A stretch of DNA of 55,155 bases, filler included, from Sphacelaria rigidula (lineage: Eukaryota), in assembly GCA_964200075.2 (NCBI GenBank). It is 5 parts of 5 records of this genome, joined end to end, with 100 filler letters (N's around TTAATTAATTAA, not from the genome) between each part and the next. Parts side by side here need not be neighbours in the genome. Positions count along the whole stretch, not along the records: positions 22,104 to 33,054 come from CAXNAA020005632.1; positions 33,155 to 44,105 come from CAXNAA020005633.1; 3 more parts are not named here. The stretch is one strand, 5' to 3'. Each line of letters begins with the position of its first letter. The first letter of the stretch is position 1. The translations under genes and the position numbers were made by a program. The notes under the pieces are model-generated. The model did no database searches. It saw only the letters and a program-made list of their open reading frames with translations, and had not been told where the DNA came from. Below, piece by piece: positions 23,471-36,511 of the stretch.

Positions 23471-24319
23471 CATGTCCAAGCCGTGTAGACTGTTCGTGCT
23501 TACCGTGTACTACTTTACTATTATACAAGTACACACGGTTGTGATGCATCCATCCAACACATGAGCAATGTTTGAAACCAATCCAGACATCGTGAAGCTA
23601 ACTTGACAGCACAGGAGGGGCCAGCCAAGAGGCAGAGACTACGCACAGAGCAGAAAGCACCTGCCTTCTCGTGTTCTTGAATATTTTGAGTGGTTACTAC
23701 TACCCAGATGGTCAAATACGATCAGGCTGCGAGGTGTGCGTTCTGTAGGGGAACATTTAGACCAAATTATCAATCAGAGCAACCAAGAGGGCAACTCCGG
23801 TCCCTTTGGGCTTGGTATCCGACTCGATTTTTTGTTTTCTGAAACTTCCAAACACGCATGGTCGACTTTGTGAGCTCATCAATCGCTCTGGGAACAGGCA
23901 TCGACGCAGCCTGGAATATCACCCTCTGGATGCCCGTCTATTGGAAACCCCTGGATGCCTCGGGACTGTCAGCCGACAGAACGTGTCCGAGACGAGGCTC
24001 GCAGCCTACGCGATAAGCAGGAGCTACAGAACATTACCATAGACGGTAACCGATTGGTACCAGGTTATTTCTCTCGAATTCGAATGTGCACACAGACGAA
24101 ATTAAAATAGAAGGATATGCAAGCAAGGCGGCACATTCGCGCGTGCACATGAAGACCTCTCGATATTTTTCTGCGCGTGTGTTCACACCAGGTTCACCAC
24201 TAAAATAGAGATACTTGGCTTTCATCTGTCGCGTCAGTCGCCGTCGAGGACACAGGCGGTCCCTGTTCTATTTCTAGTGGCCGAATAGAACACAGATAGA
24301 GCAGAGGATGGGTTTGAAA

Positions 24320-24630
24320 CGTTGTCAGATATCTGGGAGTTAAGAAAATTTTCCACAGGCGTGTGTAGATATTCTGCGAGTTTAGACCACTTTCCCACAA
24401 GCGTACAGATATTCTGGGAGTTTAGAACAACTTTCCCATAGGCTTGTGTAGATATTCTGCGACTTAAAAACAACTTCACCACAGGCGTGCAGAGATTTTC
24501 TAGCAGTGAATACGACTCCTTCCTCAAACGTTCTCAGTTATCTCCCAGTCCAGAACAACTTTCCAAAAATGTTGTCAGGTTTTCTCCTATCATATAGGTC
24601 TCAACGACCTTCCCAAACGTTAGCAGAGCA
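24320..24630. repeat. 40-43-bp minisatellite
   Basis: Units GATATTCTGGGAGTTTAGAACAACTTTCCCA..GGC(G/T)TGTGTA. Confidence 0.8.
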
Positions 24631-25290
24631 TCTATTCATGTGGAACATGGCACGTTCTACATAAAACATATGGGACCAGGGAACACGACTTGTTCTCTTC
24701 CATCGTACATGTGAAAACTTGCCATGAATGAGCGATGACGCGAACCTACAGTAACCGGGATTGCGCCCAAAACCTCCATCACCCGGGGGTGGTATCTACG
24801 AGGTGGAGGCTGCTTTATAGTGGTGTGCATCCCAGGTGCATTTCTGTAGGTACTGGTGTGCTGCCAGGAACAGCCAAAAATGTATCACCTTTGATTTCAT
24901 TGTGTGTGTGTGGGGGGGGGGGGGGGGGGGGGGGGGGTGACGGCGGGCCATTTATGGACAGAGTAGGTTCCCCAAAAAAAAAAACGACAACATTTGNNNN
25001 NNNNNNGGGTTGATAGAGCGGGAGGGTTCGTGGGTGGGTGTGCGGTGGGGGTGGGGGGTGGGGGGGGGGGGGGCGGGCGGGTCATGCGCTGCAATTTATG
25101 GAACAGTACTGTTCCCCAAGAAAGCACAAAGGCACCCTTGGAAAATTCCACGTCTAGGCCGACGTACAGAATTTTTGTCAATACCCAACAAACATTTGGG
25201 CTGTTTTATTTCTCGCAGCGAATAGTTCAATCTGTTACATTGGTTGCAGTTTACAAGTTCGCGCCTCCAGGTACGCCCGCTCATTATCAC

Positions 25291-25397
25291 CTCGTCAAGC
25301 TGCCGTCGCACCATAGTGACTCTTCTAGCCAAGTCCAACCGCTTCACAAGGTCGCACTTCGTCAGCACGATCTGAATCTTCGGCGGCTTGTACTTGC
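25291..25397 (-). CDS. engB: EngB-like exon (G4)
   Basis: [35 protein letters not shown]. Confidence 0.92.
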
Positions 25398-28300
25398 CTG
25401 GCGTGGAAAAATTGACAGGCGGGGGAGCACAGACCGAGGCGCGTACGCTCACTTGTGTTGACCGTGTCGTTTTTCACTTCGTGTGCGTCGGTGCGGGAAT
25501 TGCTACACACTGCACATTTGCGGAACGAAGGCCATGCAAGGTGTGGGCAGGGGAGAGACGAGATAAGTTGATCCCTTGAGACCACGGGCTCATCCTTAAA
25601 CAAGGGGAACGGTTCCTGAGACAACAGTTCGAGGCCCCAAGATTGCGTTAGCCTCAAGGATAACGTCAACACGTGCTGCGACTTGCGCTCGTTAGTATGC
25701 TTTCGTGAAGACGGCTCTCCTGAAGGGCATAAAAATGTACTCCTCTACATGGTGCCAAGGGTCGGACAAGTGAATGATTCGTCCGAAAATTACTTGATTT
25801 TAGCGTATGTAATTGATTTGTACCGTACCAATCAACCCTCTAGCTTTATTTCCGACGTTGCAACCCAGGGTACGCGCAGCCCAGGCACGTGGTTGCGTGG
25901 AGACCCTTTCGATCAGCGGTCAAGTTTTTCTTCCTTCTTTCGAGCAATCAGGCCTGAAAAATCGTAGACTTGGTGATTCGAACCGGCGATGATGCGTCCG
26001 AACCGTGCATGTTTCAGCACCAACCCTAGGACCGCAGTAGCAGCCGTCGCATTCATCTCCACGTAAGATCTGGCGTGCTCCTCGCGCCCCCCTGAACCAC
26101 CGTGCTTCAGTATAAGGGCGCGTATTTCTGGATGTCCCATGAGATGCCAGAAATTGTGATCTAGAGCATGTAGGGCGTACTCACCAAGCGGTGACGGCCC
26201 CTTGGGGTCGTAAAGCAGCTCTAGAAATTCGATGTCCTTCTTCTTAAACCCATGCCGCGCGTCCAGCAGCAGCATCACCCGCTGGGTAGGATACATCCAA
26301 TACATTGTAATCCGTTTATGGTTTGATAAGGCATGGCGAGGACGAGCGGAGCACAAGAAGGAGGAACTCATGACCTGCAAAACCCCAGGCGACAACCGTT
26401 TCGGCGATTCTTCCAGCCATCGTCGCGAAACCCCGTCTCACTTTGTTCCCTACTTGTAGCTGAGGAAAATCCGCACTCTCTGACGAGAAGAGAGAGTGTC
26501 ATGCATCAGCAACCTTGACAGATAAATTTCAAGAACACAAGCACTTCATATCCTGTAAGAGTAATATTTCCAGCAAGCAACTGCCGCACTGTTCGCAGCA
26601 CGTAGAACTTCTCGACAAAAAACATACGGTTTCTACCCGACACTACTGAGCGACGACGCACTGTACGCATGGCCTTCGCACTGTAAGGGTCGGTCGGCGG
26701 CGGATAGCATATACCTTTGACGAAAACAGCAAACCCCACGTTATCGTACCTTCAAAGGAGCCCCTCGTCCTCGCAGGTAGGCCATCATCTTCAGCCAGCG
26801 TCAAGCGGGAGTAACGAATATTGCCCAGCGGTTCCGACGGTGACAGAACACGCAGGCATCGGATGACAAAAACAAAGCGTTCGAATGGGTTGCGTCAGGA
26901 AATGGAGTGCGACGTGGGATGTTCCTCACGGTCCACAGCTGGTTTACTATCACGCGATCCGATTGTTTGGCTCGACAAGGAGAAGGCTATACAGCAGCAG
27001 GAAAAACTACTGTATACGTAGTAGTGACCTGTGACCTGTGTATGAGTCGTCCAGGAAGTATGCCACAGAACGCCGACAACAACGATAACAACAACAGGCT
27101 ATGCGAGCCTTTCCAAGAACGATTGCGAAAGCTGGCAAAGTAACCGCACACCGCGGAAAGATTCCATGCAAAACAGAGCCAGCTTAAGCCCCATCTGCAT
27201 GAAATCTCCCTCAGGCACCGCTCATTGAGGATATGTGAAGGTCCGCAGAGCTGATACATCGACCTACGAGATGAGCGGCTCACCAGCTCATTCCACCCAT
27301 CCCGACGGGTGTCGTCAGCGAACGCGAACCCGTAGCCAGGCATATCGGCGATGACAAATTTTGCCCTGGATTGATTTTAATTCATGCCAAGATACCAGAA
27401 CGCAACGGGAGAGTGGATAAATAAGCTCCTGCAATCATAGTGGCACCGACCATGACACGCGACACTCGCCGTGAGTAGCAGTTGACCATCGTGCTCCTCC
27501 TTGAACGTCTCGAAACTGCTATCGGAAGAAGAAAAAAGAGGCAAGTGGAGTACTAGACTATAGTACATTATCTTTTGCGTCGGCGTTGTATATCGCCTCA
27601 GATATTGCAACACAGCTTGTTCCTGCAACAAAAAATATTCAATATTTTCTTCGTGACAATATCATGTACCTGTTAGCATCCTCACCTTTTACCTTTCCCC
27701 ATGCGGTAAAAGTCCAGCGTTGTGGTCGTGCCAGGCCTAGGATTTGTTTAATGTGGGCAGAGAGGGAAGGCAGTCCCGTGAACACCCCATGAGATGAACA
27801 ATCTAAGCATTAATCGGCGAAAAAAGGAAGATGAATACAAGCTGGACTGGGCAAGAGGTCGGGGATTCGCCGACATCGCCACACGGACCCAATCTTTTCG
27901 AGTTGAGGCTACTTTTTTCATGTATAAAAAAAAAAAACTTGTTGAAAAGTGCATTTTTGGCCCTTCTCCGTCGTTTTCCCCCCGAAAAGAGGGCCAGGCG
28001 GATGTTGACACCTTGGAATGACTTGCTCCATTCGCTGAGACGGTTCCAGAGCACCTTTGCGTTTCCCGTAGGTCACGGTTTCGTTTTTGGCCAAATTTGC
28101 ATCTTCAATAACAAACGGTCAAGTTACCGAAAAAAATGTCAGTTTTCCCCTTGTTTTTTTTATAACTTGACCGTTTGTTATTGAAAATGCAGGTTTGGCC
28201 AAAAACGGAACCGTGACCTACGCGAAACGCAAAGGTGCTGTGGAACCGTCTCAGCGAATGGAGCAAGTCATTCCAAGGTGTCAACATCCGCCTGGCCCTC

Positions 28301-30467
28301 TTTTCGGGGGGAAAACGACGGAGAAGGGTCAAAAATGCACTTTTCAACAACTTTTAATTTCTGATACATAGGTAGCCTGAGTAGCCTGAGATAAAAAATT
28401 TGACACGTGATTGGCGAGGAACTCGCCCGAAATTTAATGCACTGGTCGGCCGTATCTCGATAAAAAAAATGAAACTCTAGGTTTCAAGACATGTATGGGC
28501 GAGCACCTTGCCAATTACTTGTCAAAATTTCAGGCCCCAACTCTAGGAGTCGGAAAGTCGGAAAGGTTGGCTCCTCGTCGCCAGATTTCAAAACTCGGCC
28601 GGAAAAGAGCTCGGGGATTCGCGGAGCTAATCTTTTCGGGCTAGGACCTGAAAGATTGACACGTGATTTCCAAGGCACTCGCCGATACATTCCGACGAGC
28701 CCTGTTTTTTGTTTTTATCGAGATACTACCGAAATAACGGTCAATCCGACCAATTCGACTGGTCAGTCGTATATTCACAAAATAATAACCGAAAAGAGCA
28801 AGGGCTTCCCAGCATACGTCGATGAGTACCTTGCATATCACGTGTAAAAAATTCAGGTCCTAATCGAAGAAATGAGCTTTGCGTGACCAGATTTCGAAAC
28901 TGCCCCGGTCAGGAGGCACAGATATGCACACCGGTGGTCAAGTTGCTGCGACTGCAACCTCGTGCGGCAGGAGGTGGAGGGTTCAACTCCCGGCAGATAT
29001 GACTTCTTTCTTTTTTCTTAGTTGTGTCTGATGTCCGCCTCTGAGAACGCACAGTGCTATACAGTACAAACACAGTACGCGGCAGGGACAGAACGAGTAC
29101 AGATACAATAACTTCTGGCTGAACCTCACGAGGAGGAAGCTTGCCAGCAGCGGTAGGCCATCGGCAGCACAGTTCAGTGCAATTTTTACTTTTCGGGGAG
29201 CACTGGTACCTCGGCGCCAGTCGCCCCTTGTTACATACTGCGTTCGTCAAAGTCAAGTACGGGGAGCGAGGTGCTCTCACACAGCATGCCGTGTGGCATC
29301 TGCCGTTCTATAATGCAGGGTGTGTGCAGAAACAACCGCTGCTGGAGTATGCGGGAGCCACAACTCTAGCTGCGCCACTCGAGAAAATGAAAGAAAACAT
29401 AAAATGTCGGTTTCACACCCCCATCACATCGTGTCACAAACGTGCTCCCATTAGCCAGTTACACTTCTTCCTCAGAAAAAAACTGTCACCGGCAAGTCAA
29501 GTGACTCAGCAGATGCGCCTGAATTTGCCGATTGCAGCGATGTCTTTACCTGGTTATAAACCGCAGCAAGAGTCGAGTTACGGCCATCTGACACATTGTG
29601 GGTTTCTTGCCCAGGCCAGCTTTTTTACACCCGATAACTTCGCGTACCGCGACAAAAGTGCACATCCAAGTTTCAGTCTTGGTGAAAAAAAACTAGGTAC
29701 AACAGTAAAACTGCGAAGTAATTTCACAGTCCAGAGGCATGAACACCGTACAATGGCAACCATACGGGTGTAGAAAAACAGAAACCGAGACATGCGAGCA
29801 CACCAAGCACGGTGCTACAGGCCAGGGTCTACCCATGGTACCTAAACGAACGCTCAACTTCATCAAAGTCGACAAAGCTTCACTCTATGTATAGCTGAGC
29901 TAGCTGTGCGGTGGTACCCACGTGTCGGAGACCATGGCCCTGCGGTGATACAAGTTTTCCATGCCCATGAGCGCGTTGAGAAGAGTAGACTTGCCCACAT
30001 TGGATCGCCCGACTAACGCCACCTCCGGTAATCGCTCTTCTGGTTGTGGGATCTGGCGACATGTCACATTCACAAATCACACATCGTGGACCAGGGAGAC
30101 GGGTAAGTAGACACGGCTAGCAGGTATCATGCACCGTGCACCATACACCACGGCGGGGACTGAACGGGCGGGAATCCCTCGTAGGTGAAGAGCAAAGCTC
30201 GAAAACACACTGGTACGCAGAGTGGCACCAAGCGCGCACCAAGCAAGCCCTTATCGGCGGCAGCTCTGCGGCGTCTCTCTGTCTCCCAATACTGAATTAG
30301 CAACCTGGAAAATAACTACGCGCGTGTCGATCGCATCCGCCGAAATCATCGCACGCTCATCACCTCTTCAGCCGTAGAGGCAGAAGCCAGCCGCTTGATG
30401 GCCCAAACGGGATGGTCGAATGTATTGGGTTTGTCCGCTGACACGGACTTATCTGGAGTTCCCGGAA
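25291..30467 (-). CDS. engB: EngB/YihA(YsxC)-family ribosome-biogenesis GTPase, spliced; seven well-supported exons, terminal exons not fixed
   Basis: Exons 30467-30364, 30052-29922, 27736-27686, 27365-27284, 26788-26750, 26281-26185, 25397-25291, all GT-AG and phase-compatible; G1 [22 protein letters not shown]2 VSDTPGTT, G3 [18 protein letters not shown]4 VLTKCD. Confidence 0.92.
25785..25985 (+). repeat. Dispersed repeat, homologous to the reverse complement of 53520-53690
   Basis: CGTTGCAACCCAGG..GCACGTGG..GTTGCGTGGA..CAGCG..TTTTTCT..GCAATCAGGCC. Confidence 0.8.
26185..26281 (-). CDS. engB: EngB-like exon
   Basis: [32 protein letters not shown]. Confidence 0.92.
26750..26788 (-). CDS. 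engB: EngB-like 39-nt exon
   Basis: gaag|[13 protein letters not shown]|gtacga. Confidence 0.85.
27284..27365 (-). CDS. engB: EngB-like exon (G3)
   Basis: [27 protein letters not shown]. Confidence 0.93.
27686..27736 (-). CDS. engB: EngB-like exon (G2)
   Basis: [16 protein letters not shown]. Confidence 0.9.
27906..28378. mobile_element. Long fold-back element in an EngB intron
   Basis: Near-perfect ~188-bp arms 27939-28126 / 28163-28350 with a ~36-nt loop; looser pairing extends to GGCTAC/GTAGCC. Confidence 0.92.
28452..28726. mobile_element. Second, more diverged inverted-repeat element
   Basis: GTATCTCGATAAAAA/TTTTTATCGAGATAC, ATGTATGGGCGAG/CTCGCCGATACAT, TGTCAA..TTTCAGG/CCTGAAAGATTGACA. 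Confidence 0.75.
29922..30052 (-). CDS. engB: EngB-like exon (G1/P-loop)
   Basis: [43 protein letters not shown]. Confidence 0.93.
30364..30467 (-). CDS. engB: EngB-like exon
   Basis: ctgcag|TT..GAG|gtgatg; [34 protein letters not shown]. Confidence 0.8.
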
Positions 30468-30745
30468 CTGCAGACGACAAAATCCCCCTGGACGCGCATG
30501 CGCGTTTTGAAACGAGGCATCACGACGAGCACAAGTTTGCGCAGGGGCACAGGACCGGAATGCTGGCGCATGAGCTTGCGTAGTGAAGTGGTCATGTTTC
30601 AGATCATTTCAACGTGTATTCTTCGAAAGATAACGGACTATCCGACGGGGTATCATGTGTGAGGAACATGATTCGTCTGTGCACGTATCAGTAGCGGTAC
30701 ATAAGTTAGGCAGGTCGGATTGTTATGTGCCGACGCGCGTGGTAC

Positions 30746-30946
30746 CCACTCCCCTGTTCTTCCCTTTTCTTCCTTCTGGCGGCTGTATGCTCTGGGTTGA
30801 GTGCCCGGTGAATTTCAGAGCTGATGTCTCGAAAAATGTTGTCTCGTCTGCACACGGCTGCGCAGAAGGCGTGCGTACCGCGGTAGGGGTGGTCTTCATC
30901 ACGCTACAGGAACGTCCACTCGATCGACCTAGTACCATGACAAGCG
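30746..30946 (-). CDS. Probable upstream exon of the EngB-like gene (acceptor uncertain)
   Basis: ..KTTPTAVRTPSAQPCADETTFFETSALKFTGHSTQSIQPPEGRKGKNRGV G|gtacca, phase 1, fits exon 30467-30364. Confidence 0.55.
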
Positions 30947-31869
30947 CTGAATAAAAGCAAGAGTTCACTACTCTGCGAGAGCAGGTCACCAGACGGAATG
31001 AAGGAAGTACGCGCCTGACTCATTTTTGATCAAGATGTTACAAGTCAGCCTTGCTTGCTTGAGTGAAGGCAAAACGCAGAGGGCAGAGAAGGTAAAGCCC
31101 AAGGGGGGCAACAACGCCGTGAGACGGCGGGCGCAGCTGGGGGTGGGGTGGGGAGGCAGGTGCTCCCGCAGCAACGTAGCGGGTGCTGCTGGTAGGCTGA
31201 GCAACATCGACACAGCTGCGGCCCCCTTTTTGAGTAGAACCCTTCGAAAACCACCACGGTATGCTAGATTCAGGAGGGTTGATTTGGGACTCGGTGGTTT
31301 GGCAGCGTCCGATCTGGAGATGGGGTAAAAGACTTGCACGACAGTACAAAAGGTGAATACTCCCACGGTGCAAGAAAGAGAGAGAGTTTTTCGTGGTGGT
31401 GGCCTTGGGTTGGACTTCGATACTGGTGTAGGCGGTGCTTCCACTGATGGTCTAGATACTGGAAGTGATGGGGAGTCATGCGGGTCTGAAGTTGTTGAAA
31501 CCAATTTTTTTGTCGCTCAGGCAATTTCATTTTGTTGGGAAACTTGACGCCAAGCAGATGCATTTTTCCGGAAAGCTTGGTGTCTGAGCTATGTTGCAGA
31601 GGACCACGTTAGCTTTCCTTTCCTTTCACATGGAGAGGTTGTAGCGCAAAAATCGGGTATCAGTTTCTGCTGGTAACGAGGCAGGATGATGTGGGCATAC
31701 AGATCGTTCTCAGACGTGGATAATCGTCGCTCGCGTGGTCACAAGTCGAAAACTCACTATTCTCCGAGCTCTGTTGGGGCTGGTATGACATTGCTCGAGA
31801 AGTTCAATAACATACAGACAGCATTAGGCAGGGTCCGACCCTGAATATACCATCATTACCGTCAGGACC

Positions 31870-32325
31870 GTAGCAGCAGACATGTTTGCAAAAGTATGCG
31901 GTGTGTCAGACACGGTGATCACCGTGAAAATAATGGCCCTTATGCTTTCCGAATATAACACTATTCTTGATCCCTGCGTTATTCTGCTGGGAAAGAGGTT
32001 TCGCGAGCGCAAACGAGGGCTACAGCGGGGGCAAAATGTTTGTGTCGGAAACAGTCTGGGAAGGAAAGTTGTGGTCGCGTGCTGTTTGCTGCGACTGGCC
32101 GCGGCGGTGGCGGTGGGGGGCGCAGTGGCGGCAACGGCGGGGGGCTAGGCGATCGTTTCGGCCAAGCGACCAAGATAAACAGCAATGGATCAACGTCTCC
32201 TCTTGTTCCAACGACGTCACCGGAACCAGGGGGGGTACCACACCCGTTGAAGGAACATCGGAGAAGCGGAAATGTTACAACTACGACGAGGTCGGGCACA
32301 TACACCAGCGGCTATTGCCCCCCCA
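31870..32325 (+). mobile_element. Degenerate LTR-retrotransposon gag fragment (copia-like)
   Basis: VSDTVITVKIMALMLSEYNTI..; KESCGRVLFAATGRGGGGGGRSGG; decayed zinc knuckle KRKCYNYDEVGHI; frameshifts. Confidence 0.65.
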
Positions 32326-33054
32326 AACAACCAAAACGCAGAAAAGCACTCAGTCTGCTCGACGTTCATTATAGCATTCCTGTGGTGTTTGAACACTACC
32401 CACGGGCAATGCCTTGCTTGGTCATCATGTTTACGTGTTGCTTTTTGGAGGGTGTGCACTTGAATGATTGCTGCGGCATGCGCGTGAGGACAAGATGAGT
32501 GGCAACTCCGAGAAAACGAGGTTTGGAATTGCTCCGTATCACAGCTGAAACTTCGGTTGATCTCTGATGGTGTCATTTACGAGCTAAGGTTGCCATTCAT
32601 AGTCGATGAAGCATACTTCTGGTATACTGAATGACGCAGAGAGTCATATATGCAAAAGGCTACATCAATAAGTGGGACGTGCTGAGGAGGGGATTCGGGG
32701 TCTGAATATTTTATTGCGAAGTAGGTGAACTTGCGGCGTTTGTGCGCGGCTGAAGTGGTGGGCCATCTCCCGGCAGGTTCAGGTTTCTCCCTCAGTTCGT
32801 GGTGGTGCAGCATTACCCGCAGGCGGTCAGCTCTTTGATGCCGAGCGTAACCAGGGAGGGTGTGTGACGAATTGAGCATGCTTTAGATCATACCAACGTT
32901 CGTGCTCCGAAAGATAATAAGTGACAATCTCTGACTACTTTTGGGGTGTGCCCACGCTCATGGTGTCCACTCTTCGGTTCTCCCCCCCCCCCCCCCCCCC
33001 CCCCCCCCCCACCCGCCCGCGGAACCCGGCCCCAACACAACCACACAGACACAA

Positions 33055-33154
33055 NNNNNNNNNNNNNNNNNNNNNNNNNNNNNNNNNNNNNNNNNNNNTT
33101 AATTAATTAANNNNNNNNNNNNNNNNNNNNNNNNNNNNNNNNNNNNNNNNNNNN
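33055..33154. other. Artificial contig linker
   Basis: Identical to 10953-11052. Confidence 0.97.
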
Positions 33155-33228
33155 AAAGTCATTGGTCTTGAATTTAGGTCAGGGAAAGCACAGCTTTTGA
33201 GTTGAACCTCATTTGTTTTTTCAACCCC
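33155..33228. mobile_element. Arm fragment of fold-back family C at contig start
   Basis: GAATTTAGGTCAGGGAAAGCAC..GAGTTGAACCTC matches 52621-52661. Confidence 0.85.
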
Positions 33229-33803
33229 ATTTTCGAGAATCGGCTGTTAACAGTAGATCTAGATAATGACGAGCCCTAGGCGAATACCCAAATTTCAGGC
33301 GTTCTCCCATTTTGTTTATTTGTCGATAGTAAAGGCCCTGAGTGGAGTCGTTTTCTGATTACTTGTGTTCGTGAGCTACGCTCTTCACGGAATAATAGAC
33401 GGAGCCAGTCACCATGCTGCTAGCGGCGAAATGTATTATATGTACGAGTGTTGCTCGGCTCTGAAGTCCTATGATTGTTGGGCGTAGTTATCTGGGCTTC
33501 AGGTTTCGCCTTGGCGTTGGACAAATCGATCTTGTGGTCGTGCACGCCTCTGGAGAACCGGTATAGCTCGGTAGGTCACTGCGGTGGCTGATGTACCCGA
33601 AACGTGCTCCGAGGTCCTGCAACACCAATCGGACCCTCGCATATTATTCATCTCAAAGAGCGTGAAGGGGCATCATTGCTTAATGCTAGTCACTACCCGT
33701 CAGTCATCTCACGTTCGGATATCGGGGTATCCGCCAACTTTTGCGATCCACGTACTTCTTCAGAAAAGGTCGCTAAGAATCCATTACCCGCCTCTGAGGT
33801 TTT

Positions 33804-34251
33804 AACACGCGATCTTACTAGTTGGGGATGTATCTTTTATTGGGGATGAGAAACCCGGAGAAATGAAATATTCGTATCCACACCAAATCTTCGACATATG
33901 ACTCCATTTCTTCACCTACTAATAGCTATTGACAACTTCTACACGCCATAGAAATTTGGATTTCGATCACCGAAATATTGGGGTCCTAGATGAAATACCA
34001 ATTTCGGAACCATTTTGACGTCCGTTCGAACACCAGAAATTCGCCAAAATTGGTTTTTCACCTAGGACCCCAAACATTTCGGTGATCGAAATCCAAATTT
34101 GTATGGCGTGTAACAGTTGTCAAAAGCTACCAGTAGGTGAAGAAATGGAACCATATTTCGAAGATTTGGTGTGGATACGAATATTTTAATGCCCCGGGTT
34201 TCTCATTCCCAATAATAAAAGGTCCATCCCCAATTTGTAAGATCCCGTGTT
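33804..34251. mobile_element. Long fold-back element (~200-bp arms)
   Basis: ATATTCGTATCCACACCAAATCTTCGA/TCGAAGATTTGGTGTGGATACGAATAT; AAATTTGGATTTCGATCACCGAAAT/ATTTCGGTGATCGAAATCCAAATTT. Confidence 0.92.
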
Positions 34252-35729
34252 TTTTGTCACAGAGTACATACTTCCCCTCTCCCGTAAGTCTGGGAACCTA
34301 TGGGTTTCCAATCATTTGGGTATTCCAACGTCGAAGATCATCCTATCGTTCGGTTCGTCAGGAAGATAGAGCGCAAACAAAGCTGATGAAAATGAAAGAA
34401 AATAGTGATAATAATCGATATAAAAATGATGTCAAGCCCATTTTTGGCACAGTTCCGAGTTTTTTCATGAGATTATTTTAGAATTCTCATGAGAATTCGT
34501 GTTTACCGCCCCAAACACAAACGATGAACGTGGCCCTAAGTACCCCTCCACCCCGCCGTAAGGGCGGCGAGCTATCATTGGGCCGCTGCAATGTAATTGC
34601 GGTGGAGGTTGCGTTGCACCTGGGTACTATACGATACAGTTCTCAATAAATACTACTGGAGGATGCGTCTTCTAGTAGAACAAAGCGGCGCCCAGTTCTC
34701 TGATTAACCGAAAAAAAGGATGTGATGTATCCGGTTGGCCAACTTTCCTTCGTCCACAGCTCTTTTCTCCGCACACGGCACTGTCGTCAACCCCAGCATC
34801 GATTTCCGCGATTGCTTCAGTCCAGAGTCCAGGGACATGTAAGATGACGCTTCCGCAGTGAGGTCCAAACCGGCGGGATATGTCGCCATAAGTCCTAGTT
34901 ACGTCATCCCTGCCCTTCTCAGGCGTCATATACATGTCTCACTACTTCACCCGATACGACCATAAAACAGTCTGAAGGCCACTGTAGCAGCCGCATTAGC
35001 TGCGAGTAATCCCATGTAACCTCCCACACTACCTTGAGCAAAGCTTGCAAACGCTTGCGGTGCCTGCCTCACATGACTGCCGCGAGGCAGTCCAACCGAG
35101 CTTGCGAGTAGTGAAAACACGAACCCGCTTGCGGGGTAGTGTCGGCTAAGGTGTCCTCTTTCCAAGAAAAACAAACAAACGTACATGGATAAACGGTTAC
35201 AGTAGATTAACTGATGTCTCCTTAGATCTCCCCATGGGGTGCCGCGCAGTCCGCAGGTAACTCAAAAACAGGAAAGTCTACCACTTGTTAGGGGTGGAAC
35301 GTTCCGACTTGGTTCTAGTAGTGTGGCCGAAATCCGGGTATTTGGTGGGGGGGGGGCTGGGGTATTATGAAAGCTTGCGCAGAGCCCGCTTTTACCTATA
35401 TCGGCGTGCCGATTTGACGTCTCGCAATGCATGCTTCGTGTGGGGAGCACTTTGCACCCCCTTGGCAGCCTGGTCGGGCGATAACCGGCGTGCTCCGCCC
35501 CGGCATCGCTGGGACGGACCCCCTATGGGGTTGGCGTCGGTGTGCAATGACGCTGTCATATGTACACGCCACTCGCTACGTACACTAGGCAACCAGGTTA
35601 CCGATTCTTTTTGTGGGCTTGCGTTTTTGCGCGGTAACCATGATGGCGGCCGAGCTAGATCACATTGTGCTGAGGTGGTACAAGGTCAGTCCCGCGCAAA
35701 GGGGATGGTCATACTACGGGGTGTGTAAA

Positions 35730-36039
35730 TGGTGAGACTCCCATGAAGCAGTGTGTAGGCCGCGGCTGTCTCTGAAGGTACCGATACCAGAAAATGGAGC
35801 AACTTTTTGAAGGCAGTTATCCAAATGCAAGATAATCGGTGAGCTTCGGGCCGAACAACCTTAGCAGGATACAGCTCACCCTTCATGCGACTCCCCGAGC
35901 ATATCATGGCGCTTCGCACTTGGTGATTCATTGCGCGCCTGGACCGGCGAAAACCCGGGGTGCTCCGTCCTGGCTTTGCAGGGATGCGAGGTCGATGGTC
36001 ATATGACTACGGTATGGAAGATCATGAGTACTCTCCCCC
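35730..36039 (-). mobile_element. Repeat family A, full copy
   Basis: TGGTGAGACTCCCATGAAGC ... GATCATGAGTACTCTCCCCC. Confidence 0.85.
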
Positions 36040-36511
36040 TTGCCGGAGGATTCTCGGTATGCTTTCGTTGGGGTGGGGATTGGGGTTAGGATTCAACATA
36101 CCCCTTCACATGCCAGACTTGGCTTTGTCAAGGAAAATGGGTGCGCCGCAATTTCATGTTTATACCCCACCCCTTCAAATTCAGGATGTTTCCTTTGGTA
36201 TCTTGAAGAGAGTCGGTTGACGGTTTAGTTTGTCAGTGTGAGAACCTTCTGTGGCAAGGAAAGAACTCGTGATTCTGTGTCGCGAGGTTCCAACAAAGGT
36301 TGTAAAGCTTGTCCTATGGTAGGTACTTATGAACTGCACACTCGGGCCTTCTTTATACCGCAAACTCGTAGCTGGAACGCATGAAGAAGTTCAGATATCA
36401 GCATACGTGGGAGATCGACGTGCTTGCGGGGGGACGGGGCGGTACATAAGTAGCGATGGGACGAGCACGTGGCGTGACATCATTGTCGTCGAGTATTACA
36501 AACTACACACC

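Noticed and set aside
24911-25080. G-quadruplex regulatory cluster
   Set aside because: The poly-G runs flank a 10-N gap and similar runs mark contig ends, so lengths and sequence are unreliable
29141-29773. 210-aa plus-strand ORF
   Set aside because: No recognisable motifs; it lies antisense within an EngB intron
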